Shown piece by piece: positions 57,541 to 64,000 of a DNA stretch of 64,000 nt. The translations under genes and the position numbers were made by a program. Positions within the stretch are counted from its first letter, which is position 1, and every line of letters begins with the position of its first letter. The notes beneath the pieces are model-generated. The model did no database searches and was not told where the DNA came from. It saw only the letters and a program-made list of their open reading frames with translations. The DNA is from Bdellovibrionota bacterium (GTDB lineage: Bacteria; Bdellovibrionota_C; UBA2361; OMII01). The stretch is from positions 1-64,000 of the forward strand of contig JBIJBE010000002.1 of the NCBI GenBank assembly GCA_044345405.1, given 5' to 3'.

Positions 57541-58547
57541 AGAAACTCCGAGTACTTTGCCTGGCTCACGAAACCCTCGTGCCACCAGATCACGTACCCG
57601 CGAGTCAAAACTTTCACCACGAACCGTGGCGCACTGAGTACTACGTCCTCTCTACCCTCAAAAAACTTGGACACGAGGCGATCGTACTCGGCGTACGCTC
57701 CGACCTCGAGCTCATTCGAAATACGGTCGCTGAATTCAAACCCGACATCATCTTCAACCTTCTTGAAGAATTTCACGATCGCCCCCTCTACGATCAGAAC
57801 GTCGTGAGCTTTCTGGAGCTGATCCCGGTTCCCTACACCGGGTGCAACCCACGCGGAATGGTACTCTCTCGCGACAAAGCGCTTACGAGAAAGATCTTGA
57901 GCTACCACCGCATTCCTGGACCGGACTTCACGATCTTTAGGAAGGGCCGGAAGGTGAAGCGCCCGGCGAAGCTCAACCTCCCGCTCTTCGTCAAGTCGCA
58001 GGTCGAGGAGGCTTCGCTCGGGATCTCGCAAGCTTCGATCGTCTATACCGACGAGGAGCTGGTCGACCGCGTTCGCTTCATGCACGAAAAGTTTTACACC
58101 GATGTAATCGCCGAGGAGTATATCGAGGGGCGAGAGATGTACGTTGGAATCTTCGGGGACGATCGCTTGACCGTCCTGCCTATCTGGGAGCTTCTCTTCG
58201 CGAATATGCCCGAAGATAAGCCCCGCATCGCGACCCGCCGGGTCAAGTGGGACGCGAAATATCAGGAAAAGCACGGAATCTCGTCGGGCCCTGCTAAGGA
58301 TATCCCTCCAGATCTTCGCGCCAAGATAGAGTCCATCTGTAAGCGGGCCTATCGAGCCCTTGGAATCTCGGGCTATGCCCGCATGGACCTTCGCCTCAAG
58401 CCTAGCGGCGAGGTGTACGTGATCGAGGCGAATCCAAACCCGGAAATCGCCAAGGGCGAGGATTTCGCCGACGCCGCACAGGAATTCGGTTGGTCGTACG
58501 AGGAGTTGATAAAGCGTGTTCTCTCTCAGGGACTCAATCGCAAATAA
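57537..58547 (+). CDS. ATP-grasp ligase, D-Ala-D-Ala ligase-like
   Basis: IFNLLE, PYTGC, DKALTRKIL, PLFVKS..EEASLGI, EEYIEGRE, YARMDLR, IEANPNP. 4-bp overlap with the peptidase gene. Confidence 0.9.
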   Translation: MKKLRVLCLAHETLVPPDHVPASQNFHHEPWRTEYYVLSTLKKLGHEAIVLGVRSDLELIRNTVAEFKPDIIFNLLEEFHDRPLYDQNVVSFLELIPVPYTGCNPRGMVLSRDKALTRKILSYHRIPGPDFTIFRKGRKVKRPAKLNLPLFVKSQVEEASLGISQASIVYTDEELVDRVRFMHEKFYTDVIAEEYIEGREMYVGIFGDDRLTVLPIWELLFANMPEDKPRIATRRVKWDAKYQEKHGISSGPAKDIPPDLRAKIESICKRAYRALGISGYARMDLRLKPSGEVYVIEANPNPEIAKGEDFADAAQEFGWSYEELIKRVLSQGLNRK

Positions 58548-58557
58548 GGAATAAACG

Positions 58558-58974
58558 ATGAGAATGATACTCTCCCTGGTTGCGGTCGTCTTGCTCGGAA
58601 TGGGGCTCTTTGAGTCCCGTGAGGTTTCCGGCTTTCTCTCAACTGCTCTGACCGTGCAAGGGAGTGTTGTGGCGATCGAGACGAGAACCGGTCCACCCAA
58701 GCCGACTCAAAACACCCCTATTCACGTTCGGTTTACTCTGCCCTCCGGGGAAACGCGCACTGCGATAACCCGCCTTCCACTTCTCCAGAAGGTTAAGGAA
58801 GGGGATCAGATCTACGTCTTAGTCGACCCTAACGATCCTCAGGATGTGCGGCTGCCGTTGCTCTCAGAGCTATGGGCTAGGCCTTTGGCGTATCTTCTGT
58901 CGGGAGTAGTTCTTGTAGCCGGGATTCTGATCGCTAAGGTTCGGCGGGGGGAGGTTGGGGTGGTGAAGGCCTAG
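58558..58974 (+). CDS. DUF3592-like membrane protein
   Basis: TM - G.VVAIE...VRFTLPSG...GDQIYVLVDPNDP - TM. Confidence 0.8.
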   Translation: MRMILSLVAVVLLGMGLFESREVSGFLSTALTVQGSVVAIETRTGPPKPTQNTPIHVRFTLPSGETRTAITRLPLLQKVKEGDQIYVLVDPNDPQDVRLPLLSELWARPLAYLLSGVVLVAGILIAKVRRGEVGVVKA

Positions 58975-59000
58975 AGGCTTGCCTTAATCCCCGGCACCTC

Positions 59001-59032
59001 GGGAGGGCGGTCATTCCCGACCGCCGTGTTCG
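59001..59032 (+). repeat. Family-2 REP-like hairpin
   Basis: GGGAGGGCG-GTC-attccc-GAC-CGCCGTGTTCG has the same flanks as the reverse complement of 61711-61742. Confidence 0.75.
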
Positions 59033-59114
59033 AGCCCGCACCAAATATCCCTTTCGGTCCAATCTCATCCCAGGTTACCCTAGGCCTTGTCACATTTTTA
59101 CGACAGGAGTTCGT

Positions 59115-59567
59115 ATGTTCGCTCGCCTTATCCTCTTTACCACCCTGATCGCTTCGATAGGATGCGCGGGGGCGAAATACCACCGCGATCAGGTATCCGG
59201 TGACCGAGAGAGCGCGATGACCGTTGGGCAGGTACAACGGGAGATCCGGGTGGGCATGTCGAGCGCCGATGTAGCCGCGACCTTAGGCTCGCCGAACATC
59301 GTCACTACCGACGACGAGCGCCGTGAGCAGTGGGTATACGACAAGATCTCAACCGAGAAGGCCTATTCAAGCGACTCTGGCGGAATCCTTACCCTCATAT
59401 TTGGGAGTGGGAGCATTAACGATAACGGTGGTGGGGGAGGCCTCTTCCCATCGTACCAAGGTGGCAGCGGAGCAGCGTCATCCACCCAAAAGACGTTGAC
59501 GGTCATCATCAAGTTCGATCACAACAAGCGGGTTCGTGATTTTGCCTATCATTCATCCACGTTCTAA
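59115..59567 (+). CDS. SmpA/OmlA (BamE-like) lipoprotein
   Basis: Lipobox SIGC, IRVGMS..DV...LGSPN....E.WVY...LTVIIKFD. Confidence 0.82.
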   Translation: MFARLILFTTLIASIGCAGAKYHRDQVSGDRESAMTVGQVQREIRVGMSSADVAATLGSPNIVTTDDERREQWVYDKISTEKAYSSDSGGILTLIFGSGSINDNGGGGGLFPSYQGGSGAASSTQKTLTVIIKFDHNKRVRDFAYHSSTF

Positions 59568-59576
59568 CGGTCCCCG

Positions 59577-60110
59577 ATGAGGCGAATACTCGGTCTAGTG
59601 TGTTCGTCGGTGGCGCTTTGCGCCCCGTTGAGCGGTTGTATCAATGAGATGGCGCGCGAGGCGCTCACGCTACAGCCGGAGGCGCTCGAGCAGCGACGAA
59701 TTCAAACTCGACGCTTCGAAACTACGAACGAGCACGAGCTTCTAACCGCTTCCCTTGAGGTGCTGCAGGATCTCGGCTTCGCCGTGGACGAGACGGAGCC
59801 AGAACTCGGTCTCATCGTGGCGTCGAAGAATCGAGACGCATCGTCGACCGGGGAGATGATTGGGGCATTCTTTATAGGCGCGGCGAGCGATTCCGAGGTG
59901 ACCTACAACGTCGAGCAGAGGATTAGAGCGTCCGTCGTAACGAAAGGGCTCGGAAAGGCTGGGACGAGCGTACGAGTTACCTTCCAGCGGATAGTCTGGA
60001 ACAATCTCGGCGAGATCTCGGCGAACGAGAGCCTCGAAGAGCCCAAGCTCTACCAAGAGTTCTTCGCAAAACTATCGAAATCAGTATTTTTGACCGCATT
60101 TGATATCTAG
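59577..60110 (+). CDS. Hypothetical lipoprotein
   Basis: Lipobox LSGC, IQTRRFET...VLQDLGF.VD...LGLIVASK...YQEFF. Confidence 0.8.
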   Translation: MRRILGLVCSSVALCAPLSGCINEMAREALTLQPEALEQRRIQTRRFETTNEHELLTASLEVLQDLGFAVDETEPELGLIVASKNRDASSTGEMIGAFFIGAASDSEVTYNVEQRIRASVVTKGLGKAGTSVRVTFQRIVWNNLGEISANESLEEPKLYQEFFAKLSKSVFLTAFDI

Positions 60111-60120
60111 TGGAGATAGG

Positions 60121-60540
60121 ATGAAACGTTGGATACCAAGCGTGGCTCTCATGTCGGTTCTTCTCGGGTGCGCCCCGGTGCATGAACAGGTGCTCGACAC
60201 GAGTGAAACCCAAACTCAACTTCAGATGCGGCAGGTTCAGTCGCGCACCTTCGAAACGAACGACAAAGAGCGCACGATGCGAGCGGTTATCGCGACACTC
60301 CAAGATCTGGGGTTCGTTCTCGACAAGGCCGACCTAACCCTGGGGACGGTGAGCGCCACTAAGCTTGATGGCTACGCGATGCGGATGACCGTCTCCGTTC
60401 GTCCGAAGGGAGAGGGAAAGATGGTCGTACGCGCAAACGCGCAAATGAACACCACACCCGTTACGGCCCCAGCTCCCTACCAGAGCTTTTTTCGAGCCCT
60501 TGAGCGCTCGATGTTCCTTGCCGCGCACTCAGTCGACTAG
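60121..60540 (+). CDS. Hypothetical lipoprotein, paralog of 59577..60110
   Basis: Lipobox LLGC, VQSRTFET...TLQDLGF.LD...LGTVSATK...YQSFF. Confidence 0.8.
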   Translation: MKRWIPSVALMSVLLGCAPVHEQVLDTSETQTQLQMRQVQSRTFETNDKERTMRAVIATLQDLGFVLDKADLTLGTVSATKLDGYAMRMTVSVRPKGEGKMVVRANAQMNTTPVTAPAPYQSFFRALERSMFLAAHSVD

Positions 60541-60614
60541 GGTTACGAGGGAGTGCCAAACCGCTCTGATTGTGGTTGGATAGCCCCTCAGAGGACTACC
60601 GCCACATAAACTCC

Positions 60615-61634
60615 ATGACCACCGATTACCTCACATTTCCATCTGGCGCCCGCGTTCTCGTTACCGGGGCGTCCGGCTATACCGGCACGGTGCTCGTACA
60701 GAAGCTCGTGAAGCAAGGCGCCTCCGTTCGAGCGATCGCGAGAAAAAGCTCGAACCTAACTCCCTTCGAGGGCCTTTCCATAGAGTGGATCCGTGGAGAT
60801 GTCTTTGATCCCGCTACGGTCGCTAAGGCTATCGAAGGTGTTGAGTACGTTATTCACGTTGCCGCCGCGTATCGCGAAGCGAAGATCACTGACGAGACCT
60901 ACCACAAGGTTCACATAGAGAGTACGAAGCTCCTCGCGCAGGGACTACTCGGCAGTCCAACCCTTAAACGGTTCGTGCACGTCTCTACGGTCGGCGTACA
61001 CGGCCATATCGACGAGCCTCCAGCCGACGAGGCCTATCGCTTCAGTCCGGGGGATATCTATCAACGCACCAAAGCTGAGGCGGAGCTGTGGATACGCGAG
61101 TTCGCCAAGAGCAAGAACTTCCCGATAGCGGTAGTGCGCCCCGCGGCGATCTACGGCCCGGGAGATAAGCGACTCCTCAAGGTGTTTGCGATGGCCTCGA
61201 AGCCTATCTTTCCACTCTTCGGGCGGGGGCAGGGGCTCTATCACCTAATCCATGTCGACGACCTGACCGATATCTTTATTCTGGCGGCACTCCATCCCGC
61301 CGCAGCCGGAGAGGCGTTTATCGCCGGTAATGCGACGCCGAGCCGTTTAGAGGATATCGCGCGCACGATCGCCGACGAGATCGGAAACAAAAAAATGCGC
61401 TTTGTTCGCTTTCCGGCTTGGCCCCTCTTTGTCGCGGCTGATCTTTGTGAGGCGATCTGCAAACCGTTCGGCATCGAGCCCCCTATTTATCGACGCCGGG
61501 TCGCGTTCTTCACCAAGGACCGCGCCTTCAACACCTCGAAACTCGAGCGCCTGCTCGGGTACACCAATCGCATCGGTGTCGAGGAGGGATTACGGTCCAC
61601 CGCGCGGTGGTATCGGCGGGAGGGGTGGTTGTAG
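60615..61634 (+). CDS. NAD-dependent epimerase/dehydratase (extended SDR)
   Basis: VLVTGASGYTG, HVSTVGV, YQRTK (YxxxK), RPAAIYGPGD. Confidence 0.93.
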   Translation: MTTDYLTFPSGARVLVTGASGYTGTVLVQKLVKQGASVRAIARKSSNLTPFEGLSIEWIRGDVFDPATVAKAIEGVEYVIHVAAAYREAKITDETYHKVHIESTKLLAQGLLGSPTLKRFVHVSTVGVHGHIDEPPADEAYRFSPGDIYQRTKAEAELWIREFAKSKNFPIAVVRPAAIYGPGDKRLLKVFAMASKPIFPLFGRGQGLYHLIHVDDLTDIFILAALHPAAAGEAFIAGNATPSRLEDIARTIADEIGNKKMRFVRFPAWPLFVAADLCEAICKPFGIEPPIYRRRVAFFTKDRAFNTSKLERLLGYTNRIGVEEGLRSTARWYRREGWL

Positions 61635-61648
61635 GGCCGCGCACCTGC

Positions 61649-61742
61649 GAGGGCGACCGTCCTTCCGTCGCCCAAAAATCGCAAACCACTGACCAGCATC
61701 GGTAGTCATTCGAACACGGCGACCGGGGACGGTCGCCCTCCC
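61649..61742. repeat. Family-2 REP doublet (two inverted hairpins)
   Basis: GAGGGCGACCGTCC (61649-61662) and GGACGGTCGCCCTC (61727-61740) form a perfect 14-bp inverted repeat, and each unit is itself a hairpin. Confidence 0.8.
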
Positions 61743-61834
61743 GCCCTTTAGGTTCTACTTCAAACCACTTAAAACTACTCATGTTTTCGGAATGGTGAAC
61801 CGATACCCTCTCGTCAGCATCTCAGAGGGTACCC

Positions 61835-63274
61835 ATGATTGCACAAGAATCGATTCTTTTCGGGGGGTTGGGTGTTTTGGTCGGCGCGGTCACGATGTGG
61901 GCTATCGCGCGAGCAAAGCTTGCTGCCCTCACGACGCAAGCCTTCCTTCACGAGGAGACCTCCCGCGATCTCTCACTCCAGCTCGCCGAAGCTCACGAAA
62001 CCGCCGCTACCTTACGGGAGGAAACGAGCCGACAACGAGAGCGTCTCACACACTATGAAGCTCGAATTCGTGAGCAGATGCAGCACTTCTCATCACTTGA
62101 GGAAAAGCTCACGACAACCTTTAAGGCGCTCTCCTCTGAGTCGCTCAAAGCGACCACCGATCAGTTCTCCGCCCACTTTAACGCCACCGCTCGCGCCCTC
62201 CTTGAACAGGTCAACGGACAGGCGAAGGCGCAGGTAGACTCAGGCCATAAGCTCCTCGACTCTATTGGTCGCTCGATCTGGGACAAGCTCGGAGAGGTCG
62301 ATAAGAGCGTCAAGGAGATCGAGAAGCTCAGGATATCCGGCGATGCGGAGCTGCGAAAACAGATTGATCATCTCTCTCGATTAAACGAATTCGTTGGTGC
62401 GGAGACCTCAAAGCTCTCGCAAGCCCTCACCAACTCTCGGGTACAGGGGGTATGGGGGGAGTTGCAGCTTCGTAATGTCGTCGAGGCCGCCGGAATGACG
62501 CCGTACTGTGACTTCTTCACCCAGGAGCATGCGGCGGGCGAGGGGGCCTCGAGCGTGCGGCCCGATATGCGGGTTCGTCTCCCAAATAACCTTAACGTCC
62601 TTATCGACGCGAAGTCGCCTACCAAGGCGTTTATCGAGGCGCTTAACGCAGGGGACGCGCAGCAACGGCGAGCAAAGATGCGCGAGCTGACGACGTCCCT
62701 TCGCGGCCACGTCCGAACGATGGCGAAACGAAACTATCCCGCCCACTTCGCGCCAGCGCTTGAGTATACGCTCGTGTTTCTTCCCTCCGAGAGCCTTTTC
62801 GTCGCCGCCGTAGAGGAGGACGCCGAACTTCTCAGTTTCGCTGAGGGGCACAAGGTTATTCTGACGACACCGCTCTCCCTGATAGCCTTCCTGAGGGCCG
62901 TAGCGTGCGGATGGACCAACGTAAAGGTTCAATCGAACGCCGAGGAGATCCAACGACTCGGCAGGGAGCTCTTTGAGCGCATGAATCGGTTTTACGACCG
63001 GTTCGCGGATCTCGGCAAAGGAATAGACGCGGTCGTTCGCTCGTATAACGATACCGCGGCCACCGGTCGCACCCTTACGGCGACTCGCAAGAAATTCGCG
63101 GAGCTAGGCACCGGCGAAAACACCGCGATCCAAGCCCCTGATGAGGTCACCACCGAAATTAGGGTTGTGGATAAGAGCCCGGATGAACTTCGTCGGATGA
63201 CCGAAAGACCACCAAGCGCCTCCGTAGCAGCAAGCACTCTTTTCTACCAGGATACTAATCCCGAGTGCGAGTAA
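61835..63274 (+). CDS. rmuC: DNA recombination protein RmuC
   Basis: N-terminal TM and coiled coil, QGVWGELQL..VVEAAGM, RPD..VRLP....IDAKSP, FLPSE, TPLSLIA.LR. Confidence 0.93.
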   Translation: MIAQESILFGGLGVLVGAVTMWAIARAKLAALTTQAFLHEETSRDLSLQLAEAHETAATLREETSRQRERLTHYEARIREQMQHFSSLEEKLTTTFKALSSESLKATTDQFSAHFNATARALLEQVNGQAKAQVDSGHKLLDSIGRSIWDKLGEVDKSVKEIEKLRISGDAELRKQIDHLSRLNEFVGAETSKLSQALTNSRVQGVWGELQLRNVVEAAGMTPYCDFFTQEHAAGEGASSVRPDMRVRLPNNLNVLIDAKSPTKAFIEALNAGDAQQRRAKMRELTTSLRGHVRTMAKRNYPAHFAPALEYTLVFLPSESLFVAAVEEDAELLSFAEGHKVILTTPLSLIAFLRAVACGWTNVKVQSNAEEIQRLGRELFERMNRFYDRFADLGKGIDAVVRSYNDTAATGRTLTATRKKFAELGTGENTAIQAPDEVTTEIRVVDKSPDELRRMTERPPSASVAASTLFYQDTNPECE

Positions 63275-64000
63275 GCTGAAATCCAAACCGCGCCGGTCCA
63301 TCGAGGATGAAGTGTCCCTCGATTGCGTCCGCGATCGGCGTTATCGAGGGGTCATCGATCTTAGCCTGATGCCGCAAGAGCTCTATGCAGAGCCCAATCG
63401 GTCTAAGAAGTGTAGGTTCATCATAGAAGCTCAAGGGCATGACCCGTCCCTGGCGAGTGATCGCCAGTAACGTTGACGCGAGGAGGCTTGCCTCCCCGAC
63501 CTTTTGACTCATCGCGTCCGAGAGAACCGCCTGCGAGAACGGGTCGCTCAATGGGAGCGTAAAGAGCCTTCGGGCCATCACGGAGAGGAGCGCTGTTCGT
63601 ATCGGACCGACAACCTCCGGGTCATCCTCGTCCCCTCGAAACCCCCGAGCGATCACATCAGAGTAGATGGAGTGAAGTTGCTTGTCGTGCTGGGGGGAAA
63701 CGGAGTATCCCAATACTCGGATCGCGCGAAGGCGCTCCTCTAGCGGAGCGTCGTCGCCCGTAGCGTCGCGGAGGTTATCGAGAAGAGGCTCCGTCGGCCC
63801 AAATACAACAAGTCTCGCCAGTGAAGCTACGCCCGTGTGGGGATCATCGCAGGCTTGAAGACGAACCTCGCGAGACAAAGGATCGTCGAAGTGGCGCGAG
63901 AGGGCGACTACGTCCATGATGTTAGCGGCGCAGCTCTCAACACCTCCAATCCCCCCTTCTCGATACTCCCGCCACAAACGATGAAGTGCGTCACGAACCA
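63255..64000 (-). CDS. Hypothetical helical protein, C-terminal part (start outside window)
   Basis: Frame stays open to the window end. HEAT-like amphipathic helices. Overlaps the rmuC 3' end by 20 bp. Confidence 0.6.
   Translation of the reverse strand, partial: VRDALHRLWREYREGGIGGVESCAANIMDVVALSRHFDDPLSREVRLQACDDPHTGVASLARLVVFGPTEPLLDNLRDATGDDAPLEERLRAIRVLGYSVSPQHDKQLHSIYSDVIARGFRGDEDDPEVVGPIRTALLSVMARRLFTLPLSDPFSQAVLSDAMSQKVGEASLLASTLLAITRQGRVMPLSFYDEPTLLRPIGLCIELLRHQAKIDDPSITPIADAIEGHFILDGPARFGFQLTRTRD

Noticed and set aside
57537-58547. Assigning the gene symbol ddl
   Set aside because: Ddl-specific N-terminal and omega-loop motifs are absent and the context is not the dcw cluster.
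57504-58700. 398-aa ORF on the minus strand
   Set aside because: Antisense shadow of the ATP-grasp gene. Long shadow ORFs are expected at this GC content (likewise 1304..2050, 10906..11640, 18285..19043, 44828..45628).
1-64000. tRNA, rRNA, tmRNA or IS elements
   Set aside because: No cloverleaf/T-loop context, rRNA-like tract or transposase ORF seen by eye. tRNAscan-SE and Infernal runs would be needed to exclude small RNAs.

Overview
A gene-dense bacterial chromosomal window, roughly 58-60% GC by eye, with about 50 CDS. I could recognise no rRNA, tRNA, CRISPR array, integrase or transposase. Housekeeping genes include sdhCAB, hrpB, a Dus enzyme, argH, glgB, prfC, slyD, tcdA, sufE, tatD and rmuC. 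They are interspersed with envelope and antagonism-type genes: a lytic transglycosylase, a pesticin/lysozyme-like muramidase, a PlpD-like patatin-barrel protein, an HDOD protein and many lipoproteins. This content suggests a diderm, possibly predatory deltaproteobacterial/Bdellovibrionota-like organism (inference only). Main points of interest: (1) a 2409-aa orphan protein with annexin-like helical repeats, a hydrophobic hairpin and a low-GC internal module; (2) a SNF2 ATPase with two HARP-like domains, i.e. SMARCAL1-like architecture; (3) two families of dispersed intergenic hairpin repeats, one always oriented with the upstream gene and one with compensatory stem changes; (4) an ABC permease-binding protein fusion that keeps an internal signal peptide; (5) sigma28-like promoters before the muramidase and HDOD genes; (6) a coupled zincin plus ATP-grasp ligase pair; (7) an orphan HerA. 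All assignments come from reading motifs by eye; no database searches were run.
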